DNA of 64,000 bases from Gemmatimonadota bacterium (GCA_963666735.1 OY762926.1:1824001-1888000); one strand, 5' to 3'; shown: positions 42,801 through 53,011, counted from the first letter of the stretch. Notes: generated from the sequence alone by a model not told the origin. A program made the numbers and translations.

Positions 42801-43263
42801 CGTCGGCCGCCGGGACCGGAAGGTCCTGCGCCGACAGCCGCTCCACCGTGAACGGGAGCTTGATCTGCGGCGTCTCGCCGACCACCCCCGTCACGACGAT
42901 GTCCTGGAGACGAAGAGCCGTCTGCTCCACGGCGAAGTCGGCCGTCGCAACCTGGCCCGACGCCACCGTCACCGTCTGCGACAGCTCGTGGTAACCGATC
43001 AGGCGGATCGTCACCGTCTGCTCGCCCGCCGGTACGCCTTCCAACCGGTACGTGCCCTCTGGACCCGACAGCGTACCGATCACTGTTCCCGCAACGAACA
43101 CCTGCGCACCGGCCACCGGGGCCAGCGACTCCGCGTCGGTCACGGTCCCCGAGATCGCTCCCTGAGCGAGCAGCGGGGCCGCGCCGATAAAGAGCCAGGC
43201 GCTCAATGCTGTAGCGGTCAGCGCGCTCGCGCGCCGCCGCCGTCCTGACAAATGAAACAACAT
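39880..43263 (-). CDS. SusC/RagA-family TonB-dependent receptor (pair 1)
   Basis: SusC motifs; AGGAGG RBS before ATG 43263. Confidence 0.95.
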   Translation of the reverse strand: MLFHLSGRRRRASALTATALSAWLFIGAAPLLAQGAISGTVTDAESLAPVAGAQVFVAGTVIGTLSGPEGTYRLEGVPAGEQTVTIRLIGYHELSQTVTVASGQVATADFAVEQTALRLQDIVVTGVVGETPQIKLPFTVERLSAQDLPVPAADASSLLAGKAAGVSVISASGQPGSEATITLRGPTSINSAGRSMSPLIVIDGVIQAEGASLSDVGALDIDHVEIVKGAAAASLYGSRAQNGVIEISTKRGTGLQTNSLNITGRGEYGFGQLVGDVGLVRSHPYEMNASGTKFIDSEGNEVDFGDLNRPGFGSARLYNQIAPGDPATPQTAFANQAFPNELFDHMDTFFDPGETMDLYGAVTGRFGESSFRVSVNQFREGGVVSCSVCIDNLATLNADRVAQGLTAFDVGVPNDEGFERQNVRLNVDTRFGDLDIAASGFYSRSDQDDKAVSTGAFSRLTFMSPALDISQVDPTDGYPDLNADPQSIEPNPLYLLAVNDSRDERTRTMGSVDLNFSPAAIDWLTLEANASFDRTDWSDYTIRPKNERTAGGGGTGDFTGGSLEERNSVNEAVNASVTLGASQTFMDGDLTVRGKARYLIEDQVFESNGVFGSRFSVQDVPNFGAIIGETSGENLTEGIKSEGLFGIASADYLGRYILDGLIRRDGSSLFGPDERWQTYYRGSVAWRVSQEDFWNIDAIDELKLRFSLGTAGGRPRFTAQYETFGVSAGAIFPINLGNRALKPEFTSEKEAGLNFVFFDNLGLDLTYAWQTTDQQLLQVPQPAFVGFSSQWQNAGEIAAETYEVSLRYAAIDEQDLGLQFRLNWDRTQQEITRLDVPDFTQGGNFFVSEGRPLGELWGELWATSCADLAPIGVSASDCSANFQVNDDGLLVPTGGAAFTEGFSKKLWGTQVEVATADGSNSYDWGLPIKVQDYSPACVSKNPGNYEEMCTLTEFLPFGNTTPDFNASFATNFRYHGLSVNALLETSQGQSIYNGTAQWSLRELRGEDTDQTGKPLEHNKPVGYASAIYSVNADNSWFREDGSWVKLRELSLGYTLPQNMVESLFSDIFDRVTLNVIGRNLFTITDYRGYDPEVGRATGSLQNAALNRVDSFGYPNFRTFTFSAELVF

Positions 43264-43711
43264 GGATCTCCCTCCTGTGGCAGTGGGATCCTCTGCGACC
43301 CGAACCTTGTTCGAGGGCCGAACCCTCGCCCGACGCAGCCGGGTCATTACACCGCGTCGAGACCAGCCTGAAAAGCACTTCGGTTCTCGTTAGCCTGCAC
43401 GTCGTGTCGTGTCACTACTCCTTTACAACGATTGGCGGCACCGTTTTGCGACGCACCGGACGCCGCGATGCCGAATGCAGCGCCCGCGGCGAGCCGAAAC
43501 CCCGCTCCCCGTCACGCGCCGAAGCCCGACGGTTCCCATGCGCGTCCCACACGCATCCCGCGCATCCGGTGCGGCCTTTCGGCGCACACCCGCAGCTTCC
43601 CCGACGAACGGGACCGGGCAACATGAACGCGAACTTCGGCCCGTGCAAGACCCTCGCGGAGGCCGTGACGGGACCGCCTGCGCGGGCGTCGGGCCTGTGA
43701 AACCCGAGACA

Positions 43712-44923
43712 TCAGGATCGGAGAGAGACCCGCGCGAACGCTCGCTTGCCTCGCTGCACGAGATACTCGCCTTCTCCCAGGCGGAGGTCGCCCTCCCGGA
43801 TCACGTTCCCGTCCACCCGGACGGCCCCCTGGCGGATGAGTCGACCCGCCTCGGACGAGGAAGCCGCGAGCCCCGAATCGCGGAGGATGTGCGCGATCCA
43901 GAGCGTCTCCCGCTCTCCGAGAAGGAGCGACACGGAAGGGACGTTCTCGGGCACTTCCCGGCGTCGGTGCAGGCGGTCGAACGCTTCCCGCGCCTCGCCG
44001 GCCGCCTCCGCGCCGTGGTAGCGCGCCACGAGATCTCCGGCCAGCCACCGCTTGGCGGCGAGCGGATCGGTCCCCGCCTGTGCGCGACGGGTGGCGAGTT
44101 CCTCTCCGGAGGCGCTCGATACGAGCACGAGCCACTCGTCGAGCAGCGTGTCCGGGATCGACATCACCCGCCCGAACGTCTCTCTCGCCTCCATCGCGAT
44201 ACCGACGTAGTTGCCGTAGCTCTTGGACATCTTCCGATGCCCGTCGGTCCCGCGCAGAAGCGGCATGATGAGGCACACCTGCGGCTCCTGGCCCGCGCGT
44301 TCCTGCAGCGTCCTCCCCAGCAGCAGGTTGAACAGCTGGTCGGTACCGCCGAGTTCGACATCGGCCCGCAGGGCGACGGAATCGTACCCCTGCATCATCG
44401 GATAGAGGAATTCGACGAGGCTGATGGGACGTCCCTCCCGGTGGCGGGCCGCGAAGTCGTCGCGCTCGAGCATGCGGGCGACCGTGTACTGCGAGGTCAG
44501 TCGCAGGATGTCCGCCAACGCGAGGCCGGCGAGCCATTCGCTGTTCTTCCGGATCTCGGTCGTCTCCGGATCGAGGATGCGAAAGACCTGGTCTTCGTAG
44601 GTGGCCAGGTTCGACTCGATCTCCTCCTCGGACAGCATCGGCCGCGTCTCGTCCCGTCCGCTCGGGTCGCCCACGCGGGCCGTGAAGTCGCCCATCACGA
44701 AGACGACGCGGTGGCCGAGTTCCTGAAATGTCCGCAGCTTGTGGATCGACACGCCGTGGCCGATGTGGAGATCGGGCCGGGTCGGGTCGAACCCCTGTTT
44801 AATAAGGAGGGGCCGGTTCTCTCGTGCCGAACGCTCGAGCTTGGCCACGAGTTCGTCTTCCGGGACGATGGACTCGGCTCCCTCCCGGATCCGGTGGATC
44901 TGTTCGTCTACGGGGAGAAACAT
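43712..44923 (-). CDS. tyrS: tyrosine--tRNA ligase (copy 1)
   Basis: GFDPT..LHIGH, KMSKS, S4-like C-terminus. Confidence 0.97.
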   Translation of the reverse strand: MFLPVDEQIHRIREGAESIVPEDELVAKLERSARENRPLLIKQGFDPTRPDLHIGHGVSIHKLRTFQELGHRVVFVMGDFTARVGDPSGRDETRPMLSEEEIESNLATYEDQVFRILDPETTEIRKNSEWLAGLALADILRLTSQYTVARMLERDDFAARHREGRPISLVEFLYPMMQGYDSVALRADVELGGTDQLFNLLLGRTLQERAGQEPQVCLIMPLLRGTDGHRKMSKSYGNYVGIAMEARETFGRVMSIPDTLLDEWLVLVSSASGEELATRRAQAGTDPLAAKRWLAGDLVARYHGAEAAGEAREAFDRLHRRREVPENVPSVSLLLGERETLWIAHILRDSGLAASSSEAGRLIRQGAVRVDGNVIREGDLRLGEGEYLVQRGKRAFARVSLRS

Positions 44924-45079
44924 CTGCGCCTGGGGTCGGTATATTCCCTATCGTTCCCGTCGCGGGTCGTTCCCGCCCGGGGGCAGCGTGACGATAGAAT
45001 CGGGCCGTCGGCGGTTCGATGCGAGGGGTGAGGTCCGGAAGAACGTGAACGGCCGGGAGATGGCAGGGGGGAAACGGGG

Positions 45080-47266
45080 ATGATCCGTCGACGACGAGTT
45101 GCGCGCCGGTCGCGGGCCGCGAAGAAGAAGAAGAAGAAGCGGACGCCCGCCCGCCTGGCCGGGCTCATACCGCGGCGGGCTCTGCTGCTCGCCGTTCTCA
45201 TCGGCGGCGGGCTGGGGGGGGGCGTGGCATGGCGCGGATGGACGCACCTGTGCGACGAGTGTCCCTCCATCGCGCAGATACACGCGTTCGAGCCCAAGGA
45301 AGCGACGAAGCTCTACGCGGCGGACGGATCGCTCCTTGCCGAACTCGCCATCGAGCGGCGGACCGCGATCCCCATGGAGGACCTCCCGCGACATGTGTAC
45401 AACGCCTTCATCGCGGTAGAGGACAAGCGCTTCTGGGGGCACGCGGGGGTGGATCTGCTGCGGACGACGCGGGCCTTTTTCGATTTCCTGATGAGGGGGT
45501 ACGGGGCCGCGGGCGGCAGTTCGATCACGCAACAGCTCGCGGGGAACATGTTCGAGAGTTCCGTGAACCGCCGCGACATCAGCATCCGGAGGAAGCTGCG
45601 CGAGATGCGGGTCGCGATCGATCTCGAGGGAGCTTACAGCAAGTGGGAGATCCTCGAAGCCTACCTCAACCAGATCAACTTCGGCGGCGTGTTCGGGGTT
45701 CAGGCCGCGGCGGAGCGTTACTTCGGGAAGACCGCTGCGCAGCTCAATCTGCCGGAGGCGGCGCTGCTCGCGGCCATCCCCCGGAATCCGGCGGGGTACA
45801 ACCCGATCCGGCGCCCCGAGCGGGCCATCGGGCGGCGCAATCTCGTCCTTCAACTGATGGCCGCCCAGGGACTCGTGAGCATCGAGGACGCCGAGGCGGC
45901 GAAGGCGTACCCGCTGGAACTCGCGAGGGGAGCCCGCATCGAGCAGGACGCGCCCTACTTCGTGGAATGGGTGCGGCAGCGGCTCTACGATCGATACGGC
46001 ACCGACATCTACGAGAAGGGGTTCCGCGTCTACACGACGCTCGACCCGGATCTTCAGACGGTCGCGGATTCCGCGCTGCTGGCCCAGCTGGAGTGGGTGG
46101 ACCGCCACCCGGCCTATCGCGGCGTCACCTTCGAGGAAGTGCGGGCGTGGCCGCCCGACAGCCTGTACCAGGTGAGCCGCGGAGGCGCGGAGATGCCCTA
46201 CGTGCAGGGGATGTTCATCGCGCTGGACGCGGCGACCGGTGACGTGCGGGCGATGGTGGGCGGGCGAGATTTCGGCGACTCCGAGTTCAACCGGGCGACC
46301 CAGGCCATTCGGCAGCCGGGGTCCGTGTTCAAGCCGTTCGTGTACGCGACGGCGATCGCGTCCGGCATCCCGGCATCGGAGATCATCTACGACCAGCCGT
46401 ACTACCTCGAGAATGTCGGCGGCGACCCCTACGCGCCGCGCAACTTCGACAACGACTTCAAGGGTCCGCTGACCCTGCGGCGGGCGCTGGCCCGGTCCAT
46501 TAACATCGTGGCGGTCAAGCTGGGGCAGCGCGTGGGCGAGGAATCCTTCGCGCAGATGGCCGAGCGCATGGGCATCTCATCGAGTGTGCCGCGGGTGCCG
46601 TCGGCCGCGATCGGCTCCATGGACGTTCGTCCGATCGAGATTGCCAGCGCCTACAGCACCTTCGCGAACCTCGGCGTCCGCGTCTCTCCCCGGTCGATCC
46701 TCCGCGTGGAGAGCAGGGACGGCCGCGTGCTCTGGGAGAGCCGGGTCCAGCGCGAGCGGGTGCTGGAGCCGGACATCGCCTGGATCGCCCAGTCCATGCT
46801 GCGCGACGCGGTGGACCAGGGTACCGGGACGCTGGCGGTGAGGTCTCGCTATGCGATTCCCTTCTCCATACCGGTAGCGGGCAAGACGGGGACGACGAAC
46901 GATGCGACGAACACCTGGTTCGTCGGGCTCACGCCGGACCTCGTGACGACCACGTGGATCGGGCTCGACCGGCCCCGGCGCATCTATACGGGCGCCACGG
47001 GGGGAGGCACGGCGGCGCCGGTCGGAGCGGCGGTGCTCGCGCACTACTACGAGACGCACGAACACCCCGACGCGTGGGAACGACCGCCCGGCCTCATCGA
47101 GCGAACGGTGGACGAGACGACGGGACTGCTGTCCACGCGCTGGTGTCCGATCGACGTCAGCTACGTCGAGATCTACCTCGAGGGGACGGAACCGACCGAG
47201 ATGTGCGACGCGCATGGCCCGTGGAGCGCGCAGACCCCCGCCCGGCGGAATTTCGCGCCACACTAG
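45080..47266 (+). CDS. class A penicillin-binding protein, PBP1A family (copy 1, intact)
   Basis: EDKRF, GGSSITQQL, RKLRE; SVFK, SIN, KTG. Confidence 0.95.
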   Translation: MIRRRRVARRSRAAKKKKKKRTPARLAGLIPRRALLLAVLIGGGLGGGVAWRGWTHLCDECPSIAQIHAFEPKEATKLYAADGSLLAELAIERRTAIPMEDLPRHVYNAFIAVEDKRFWGHAGVDLLRTTRAFFDFLMRGYGAAGGSSITQQLAGNMFESSVNRRDISIRRKLREMRVAIDLEGAYSKWEILEAYLNQINFGGVFGVQAAAERYFGKTAAQLNLPEAALLAAIPRNPAGYNPIRRPERAIGRRNLVLQLMAAQGLVSIEDAEAAKAYPLELARGARIEQDAPYFVEWVRQRLYDRYGTDIYEKGFRVYTTLDPDLQTVADSALLAQLEWVDRHPAYRGVTFEEVRAWPPDSLYQVSRGGAEMPYVQGMFIALDAATGDVRAMVGGRDFGDSEFNRATQAIRQPGSVFKPFVYATAIASGIPASEIIYDQPYYLENVGGDPYAPRNFDNDFKGPLTLRRALARSINIVAVKLGQRVGEESFAQMAERMGISSSVPRVPSAAIGSMDVRPIEIASAYSTFANLGVRVSPRSILRVESRDGRVLWESRVQRERVLEPDIAWIAQSMLRDAVDQGTGTLAVRSRYAIPFSIPVAGKTGTTNDATNTWFVGLTPDLVTTTWIGLDRPRRIYTGATGGGTAAPVGAAVLAHYYETHEHPDAWERPPGLIERTVDETTGLLSTRWCPIDVSYVEIYLEGTEPTEMCDAHGPWSAQTPARRNFAPH

Positions 47267-47281
47267 CCGCTTACCCGCCGT

Positions 47282-48583
47282 TCAGGCGATCCGCTCCAGA
47301 ATCAGCGGTTGCGCCCCGGGTGGCTCGGGAGAGAGCCGGATCGCGTCCGTGAGGCGGTGGGCGGCCGTCGCGGCGCTCGCCGCGTCCGCCGCGTGTACGG
47401 TGAGGACAGGTTCGCTTTCGGAGACCCTCTCGCCCGCAATCCGGTGAAACTCGAACCCCACTCTCGGATCGACCGCATCCTCGACGCGCCGGCGACCGGC
47501 GCCGAGTTCCACCGAGGCGACGCCCACCCTGCGGGCGTGGACGTCGAGCCAACCGGAGCCGGGCGATCGGAAGGGTTCGCGGACCGGGGCCGAGGGGAGG
47601 CGCCCGGGATCGTCGGCCACCCGTGGGTCCCCTCCCTGGACCTCGATGAGCCGCGCGAAGCGCTCGAGCGCGACCCCGCTGTCCAGAATCGCTCCGAGTG
47701 CCGTCCGGGCCTCCCCGGCGTCGGGTGCGCCACCGACCGAGACGAGCAACTCGGCGCTCAGCGCGAGGGTGACTTCGCGTAGATCCGCGGGTCCCCCGCC
47801 CCTCAAGGTCTCGATCGCCTCTCGCACCTCCAGCGCGTTGCCGACGGTGCGGCCCAGGGGGGCGTCCATCGCGGTGAGGAGCGCGCTCGTCCGCACCCCC
47901 TCGGCTGCCGCGAGGTCGACCATCGTGCGCGCCAATCCACGCGCCTGCTCACGGTCGGCGATGAAGGCGCCGCGCCCGCACTTCACGTCGAGCACGAGCG
48001 CCCCGATCCCCTCCGCCACCTTCTTGGAAACGATCGAGGCCGCGATCAGGGGTGGGGAAGGAACGGTCCCCGTCACATCCCGGAGGGCGTAGAGACGACC
48101 GTCGAGCGGCGCGATTTCCTTCGTCTGGCCGATCATCGCGCAGCCGACGTCATCGAGAATGGCCTGAAACCGTACGAGATCCAGGGACACGTTGAACCCG
48201 GGGATCGCCTCGAGCTTGTCCAGCGTTCCGCCGGTGTGCCCGAGACCGCGGCCCGACATCATGGGGACGCGAAATCCGGCTTCGGCCAGGAGCGGCGCCA
48301 GGATGAGCGAGACCTTGTCGCCGACGCCGCCGGTGGAATGCTTGTCGACCGTCGGCGGACCGTCTTCCGAGAACCGCAGTCGCGCCCCGGACTCGATGAT
48401 CTCCCGCAGGAGGACGGAAAGCTCGGCGGGATCCAGCCCGCGGATGAACGCGGCCATGAGAAAGGCCGACATCTGATACTCGGCGACGCTTCCGTCGAGG
48501 TACGCGCGCAGGAAGGCCGCGAGTTCGTCGGACGAGAGCCGCTCGCCGTCTCGCTTCTTCTCGATGAGCCGGGTGGGGAGCAT
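47282..48583 (-). CDS. deoA: thymidine/pyrimidine-nucleoside phosphorylase (copy 1)
   Basis: DKHSTGGVGDK, SGRGLGHTGGTLDKLE. Confidence 0.93.
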   Translation of the reverse strand: MLPTRLIEKKRDGERLSSDELAAFLRAYLDGSVAEYQMSAFLMAAFIRGLDPAELSVLLREIIESGARLRFSEDGPPTVDKHSTGGVGDKVSLILAPLLAEAGFRVPMMSGRGLGHTGGTLDKLEAIPGFNVSLDLVRFQAILDDVGCAMIGQTKEIAPLDGRLYALRDVTGTVPSPPLIAASIVSKKVAEGIGALVLDVKCGRGAFIADREQARGLARTMVDLAAAEGVRTSALLTAMDAPLGRTVGNALEVREAIETLRGGGPADLREVTLALSAELLVSVGGAPDAGEARTALGAILDSGVALERFARLIEVQGGDPRVADDPGRLPSAPVREPFRSPGSGWLDVHARRVGVASVELGAGRRRVEDAVDPRVGFEFHRIAGERVSESEPVLTVHAADAASAATAAHRLTDAIRLSPEPPGAQPLILERIA

Positions 48584-48595
48584 GAGCCGCCAACC

Positions 48596-48624
48596 TTGTC
48601 CGGCCCCGGCCCCCTGTCTAGCTT
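48596..48624 (+). promoter_or_regulatory. promoter TTGTCC-17-TAGCTT; possible leaderless transcript for V4R-ruvX-mltG-thiE
   Basis: Both hexamers and the spacing are conserved in the diverged copies (61958-61986); ATG follows within ~7-9 nt. Confidence 0.6.
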
Positions 48625-48631
48625 TTTCGCG

Positions 48632-49129
48632 ATGATCTCCCCCACTCAGGCCCCTGCCGTGATCCTGCCGAGATCGGTCCTCGCGGATCTCTTTCACCGC
48701 TGCGCGAGCCTGGGCGACGCCGGCATCGCGGCGTTGAACGAGGCGGGGGACCGTACCGGCGCGGCGGCCGTCGCGCTGCTCGGCGATTCGCCGGACGCGC
48801 TTTCCGCGGCGGAGTTCTGGACCTTTCTGGACGAGATCCTCCGCAAGGCGGGCCTCGGGTCGATATCGTTCAAGCCGGGAGGAGGAGCTTCCGCCGCCAT
48901 CGCCTGGCGCGACTCGCCGGAGGCCACGACGGCCGGGAATGTCCGCTGCCACTTTTCGGCCGCGCTGTTGCGCGGCGTTCTGAGCCGTGTGGCGGACCGC
49001 GCGGTGGAGGTCGCCGAGGTGCAATGCAGCGGCGGCGGGGAGCCATGCTGGTTCGTGTTCGGATCCGCGGAGGCGATCGAACGACTGCGGATCGGTGGTC
49101 AATCGGGGGCCGGGGACCAGGCGCACTGA
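48632..49129 (+). CDS. V4R-domain-like protein
   Basis: GLGSI..., CHFSAALLRGVLS..., EVQCSGGGEPCWF pattern. Confidence 0.7.
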   Translation: MISPTQAPAVILPRSVLADLFHRCASLGDAGIAALNEAGDRTGAAAVALLGDSPDALSAAEFWTFLDEILRKAGLGSISFKPGGGASAAIAWRDSPEATTAGNVRCHFSAALLRGVLSRVADRAVEVAEVQCSGGGEPCWFVFGSAEAIERLRIGGQSGAGDQAH

Positions 49130-49131
49130 GC

Positions 49132-49596
49132 GTGCCCCGCGGTCGTTTGATGGCGCTCGACTACGGCCGGCGCCGCATCGGGGTGGCCGTCACGGATCCG
49201 ACACAAACGATCGCGGCGCCCCACGGCGTGGTGGAGAGACCCAACCGACGGGCTCCGGGAACCGCGATCCCGGGCGCGCTGACCGAACTCGTGGCGGAAA
49301 TGGATCCGTCCGGCATCCTCGTGGGTATTCCGTTCTCGATGGATGGGACCGCAGGCGAGATGGCTGAAGAGGCGCGGGCCTTCGCCCGGGCTTTGGAGGA
49401 AGCGACGGGAGTACGAACGATCGAGTGGGATGAGCGGTTGTCCACCGCCCGGGCGGAACGAGAGATCCTCAGCATGGATCCGCCTCGAGGCCGGCGGCGG
49501 CGGAAGGGCCGGACGGACGAAATGGCCGCGGCGCTGATGCTCGCCGCTTACCTGCGCAGCGCCCCTGCGGGTGCCGGCGTCCCCCGAGGCCCGTGA
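49132..49596 (+). CDS. ruvX: RuvX/YqgF pre-16S rRNA nuclease (copy 1)
   Basis: ALDYGRRRIGVAVTD, VGIP, WDERLST, DEMAA. Confidence 0.93.
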   Translation: MPRGRLMALDYGRRRIGVAVTDPTQTIAAPHGVVERPNRRAPGTAIPGALTELVAEMDPSGILVGIPFSMDGTAGEMAEEARAFARALEEATGVRTIEWDERLSTARAEREILSMDPPRGRRRRKGRTDEMAAALMLAAYLRSAPAGAGVPRGP

Positions 49597-50624
49597 AACT
49601 CCTGCCGAAACGGACGGGCGTTCGCCTGCTCCTCGCCGCTCTCGCTGCCCTCGCGCCCGTGGCATACGGGTTCTTCTCCGTCGAGTTCCGGGGCCGCGGC
49701 GTTCCCGATGGGTCGGTGGTCGAGGTCCTTGTCCCGGATGGCGCCGCGTCGCTCGAGGTCGCCGGCGTACTCCGGGCGGCGGAGTTGATCTTCCATCCCC
49801 GGATCTTCGACGCGTACGTGCGCCTCAAGGGTCAGGGGCGACAACTGAAGGCCGGCCGGTACGAGATTCCGCGCGGAGCCCCATATCCATACCTGCTCGA
49901 AGCGCTTCGAACCGGAGCGGTCGTGACGACGCCGCTCACGATCCCGGAGGGTCTTCGGGTCCCGCAGGTGGCGGAACGCCTGGCGGTCTACGTCGGCGAT
50001 TCGACCGCGACCGTCCTTGCCTGGCTGACGGATCCGAAGCGGATCGATGAGCTGGAGGTGCCGGGCCCCACGCTGGAGGGGTACCTGTTCCCGGAGACCT
50101 ATCGATTCGCCGATGGTGTCGGAATCCCGGTCATCGTCCGGGCGATCGTCGGACGGTACAGGGGTTTCTGGGGGATGGAGGAGCGCGCTCAAGCTGCCGC
50201 GCTCGGCCTCGATGAACGAGAGATCGTGACGCTCGCGAGCATTGTCGAGAAGGAAGTCCGGTGGGACGACGAGCGTTCGGTGGTCGCGGGGGTCTACTGG
50301 AACCGCCTTCAGCGCGACATGCTGCTGCAGGCGGATCCCACGGTGCAGTACGCCCTCGGCGAGCCGCGCGCACGCCTGCTCTACCGCGACATCGACTCCG
50401 TCGCCGATCACCCCTACAACACCTACACGCAGCAGGGACTGCCGCCCGGGCCCATCGCTTCGCCGGGCGCGGCCTCGCTGCACGCCGCCCTCCGGCCCGC
50501 CGACCACGAGTACATCTTCTTTGTGGCACGAAATGACGGCTCGCACGAGTTCACCCGGACGCTGCGCGAGCACAACAACGCGATAAACCGGATACGCCTC
50601 GACCGCGAGCCGGCGGAACGGTAG
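49593..50624 (+). CDS. mltG: endolytic transglycosylase MltG (copy 1, intact)
   Basis: TIPEG, LEGYLFPETY, LASIVEKE, LQADPTV, GLPPGPI. Confidence 0.95.
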   Translation: MKLLPKRTGVRLLLAALAALAPVAYGFFSVEFRGRGVPDGSVVEVLVPDGAASLEVAGVLRAAELIFHPRIFDAYVRLKGQGRQLKAGRYEIPRGAPYPYLLEALRTGAVVTTPLTIPEGLRVPQVAERLAVYVGDSTATVLAWLTDPKRIDELEVPGPTLEGYLFPETYRFADGVGIPVIVRAIVGRYRGFWGMEERAQAAALGLDEREIVTLASIVEKEVRWDDERSVVAGVYWNRLQRDMLLQADPTVQYALGEPRARLLYRDIDSVADHPYNTYTQQGLPPGPIASPGAASLHAALRPADHEYIFFVARNDGSHEFTRTLREHNNAINRIRLDREPAER

Positions 50625-50637
50625 GACGAGAAGAACC

Positions 50638-50910
50638 ATGCCCGGCTCGCCCACGTCAGATGGCTGGCCTCTGATGGTGATCACGCACCCGCGGCCCGCC
50701 TGCGGCCAGCCGCTCGAGCGGGTCGTGGCCGAATGCGTGGACGCCGGGGCACCCGCGATCCAACTCCGGGACAAGACCGCGGACGGCCGGGCGCTCGCCA
50801 CGACCGCCGCGAGGCTCCGCGCGATCACGGAGTCCGCAGGCTCCAACCTGATCGTGAACGACCGTCTCGATGTCGCGCTCGCCACCGGCGCGGACGGCGT
50901 CCATCTCGGT
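50638..50910 (+). pseudogene. thiE: thiamine-phosphate synthase, N-terminal half only (copy 1, cut at the inversion junction)
   Basis: IQLRDK, IVNDRLDVALA, ADGVHLG, then homology stops abruptly at ~50910. Confidence 0.85.
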
Positions 50911-50929
50911 CGAGAGGCTTACGGGAAGC

Positions 50930-51535
50930 TTAGGGACGCCGGGCGAGATTGAGGAGGCTGCGCACAACCTGGGAGGGCTCGGGGGCGTGCATGACCGCGC
51001 CCAGGACGGCGATGGCGGCGCCGGTGGCGAAGACGGCTGGGGCGTTACGGGCGGTGATGCCCCCGATGCCGAAACAGGGAATCCCGCTTGAGCGAAGCAC
51101 GGCTCGCACGCGCTCGGGACCGACGGCCTCATGGGCCAGGCCGGGCTTGGAGTGCGTCCCGAACACGGCCCCGACGCCGAGATAGTCGGCGCCGGCGCGG
51201 GCCGCGCGGCGGGCTTCGGTGGGATCGTCGGTGGAGTAACCGATGAGGAAGCCCTTGGGAGCGAGTTCGCGCGCGGCGTGGAGGGGGAGGTCGTCCGGGC
51301 CGAGGTGGACGCCGTCGGCCCCGGCGGCGAGGGCGACGTCTAGGCGGTCGTTGACGATGAGAAGCGCGCCGGAGCCGTCCATGGCGGCGCGGAGGGCCGC
51401 GGCTTGGGCGGTGAGCGCCCGTGCGTCGGCGGTCTTGTCGCGAAGCTGAATGACCGGCACCCCGGCGGCCACGCACTCGGCGACGACTTGGTGCAGGGGG
51501 CGACCGCTGCGCGGGCGGGGATGCGTCAGCACCAT
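50930..51535 (-). CDS. thiE: thiamine-phosphate synthase (copy 2, complete)
   Basis: QLRDK, NDR, GVHLG, GADYLGVGAVFGTHSK, IGGI. Confidence 0.92.
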   Translation of the reverse strand: MVLTHPRPRSGRPLHQVVAECVAAGVPVIQLRDKTADARALTAQAAALRAAMDGSGALLIVNDRLDVALAAGADGVHLGPDDLPLHAARELAPKGFLIGYSTDDPTEARRAARAGADYLGVGAVFGTHSKPGLAHEAVGPERVRAVLRSSGIPCFGIGGITARNAPAVFATGAAIAVLGAVMHAPEPSQVVRSLLNLARRP

Positions 51536-51576
51536 GACCCGGGCGGCCGCCAGGCGCGAGCGTGGGCCGGGCGGCG

Positions 51577-52550
51577 TCAGCGTTGGGCGGCGTCGCGCGC
51601 GAGCCGGATGCGGTTTCGGGCGTCGTTGTGCTCGCGCAGCGTGCGCGTGAACTCGTGCCGCCCGTCACCCCGCGCCACGAAGAAGATGTAGTCGTGCTCG
51701 GCGGGGTGGAGGGCGGCGCGCAGCGACGCGGCCCCCGGCGAGGCGATCGGACCCGGCGGCAGCCCCGGCTGCGTGTACGTGTTATACGGGTGATCCGCGA
51801 CCGAATCGATATCGCGATACAGGAGCCGCGCGCGCGGTTCCCCGAGGGCGAACTGCACGGTCGGATCGGCTTGGAGGAGCATCCCCCTCCGCAGACGGTT
51901 CCAATACACGCCGGAGACGGTGCGCCGCTCGTCCCCCCATAGGACCTCCTTCTCGACGATACTGGCGAGCGTCACGACCTCCCGCTCCTCCATCCCGATT
52001 TCAGCGGCGCGCGCGCCCTCCTCCTCACCCCAGAACGCCTTGTACCGGCCGACCATGGCGGTCACGATCGCCGGGACCCCGACCCCTTCCGCGAAGCGGT
52101 ACGTCTCGGGGAAGAGGTAGCCCTCGAGCGTGGGGCCTCTCCCGTGTACTCCGCGATCCGTTCCGCCACGGCTTCGACCCGCAGGCCCTCCGGGATCGTG
52201 AGCGGGGTGGTGGCGACGGCCCCGTCGCGCAGAACCTTGAGCAGGTAGGCGTACGATGCACCGCGCGGGATTTCGTACCGGCCGGCCTTCAGGACTCGCG
52301 CCGCACCCCGAAGGCGAACGTAGGTGTCGAAGATGCGCGCATGGAAGATCAGCTCCTCCGCCTCGAGAAGACGCGCGATCTGCCGCGACGAGAAGCCCGC
52401 GGGCACGCGGATATCGATCGCCGATCCATCCGGGATGCCGGGTCCCCGAAACTCGGTGGAAAGGAACCCGTACACCACCGGCGCCGCGGCCACCAACGCG
52501 GCGGCGAGCAGACCGCGGCGCGTCCTCGGTGGCGGCGGCGCGCGGGTCAT
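51577..52550 (-). pseudogene. mltG: mltG copy 2, frameshifted by an internal deletion
   Basis: N- and C-terminal halves are in different frames; ~64 nt missing at ~52138 relative to copy 1. Confidence 0.88.
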
Positions 52551-53011
52551 GAGCCGGGGGCACGGATCGGGCCGGCGGGGCGCATGGGGCCGGCGGTCGC
52601 GCCGCTCCGCAGATACGCGGACAACATCAGAGCCGCCGCCAGCTCGTCGGTTCGCCCCTTCAGCCGCCGTTTGGCGCGCGACAGCGCCATGCCGGCGAGC
52701 TCTCGCTCGGCGCGCGCCGTCGAGAGCCGCTCGTCCCACTCGGCGGTGCGGACACCCGTGGCCTCCTCAACGGCTCGCGCGAAGGTCCGCGCCTCGGTGG
52801 CCATCGCACCCGCCGTCCCATCCATTGAGAAGGGAATCCCCACCAGAATGACGGCGGGCTCCAGCTCCGCCACGAGCGCCACCAGCGCGTCAGGCACCGT
52901 GGCCACCGGATCGGCGGGGGAACGGTCGACCACGCCGTGCGGGGCCGCGATCGTCCGGGTTGGATCCGTCACGGCGACACCAATGCGCCGCCGGCCGTAG
53001 TCAAGCGCCAT
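52547..53011 (-). CDS. ruvX: RuvX/YqgF (copy 2)
   Basis: MALDYGRRRIGVAVTD...WDERLST. Confidence 0.9.
   Translation of the reverse strand: MALDYGRRRIGVAVTDPTRTIAAPHGVVDRSPADPVATVPDALVALVAELEPAVILVGIPFSMDGTAGAMATEARTFARAVEEATGVRTAEWDERLSTARAERELAGMALSRAKRRLKGRTDELAAALMLSAYLRSGATAGPMRPAGPIRAPGS

Noticed and set aside
29100..43248. Long plus-strand ORFs (up to ~940 aa) opposite the Sus genes, and similar ones elsewhere
   Set aside because: Antisense shadow ORFs expected in very GC-rich coding DNA; no recognisable motifs.
43347..43397. ANENRSAFQAGLDAV* resembling a tmRNA tag
   Set aside because: No tRNA-like ends, and the tag lacks the usual ALAA-type terminus.
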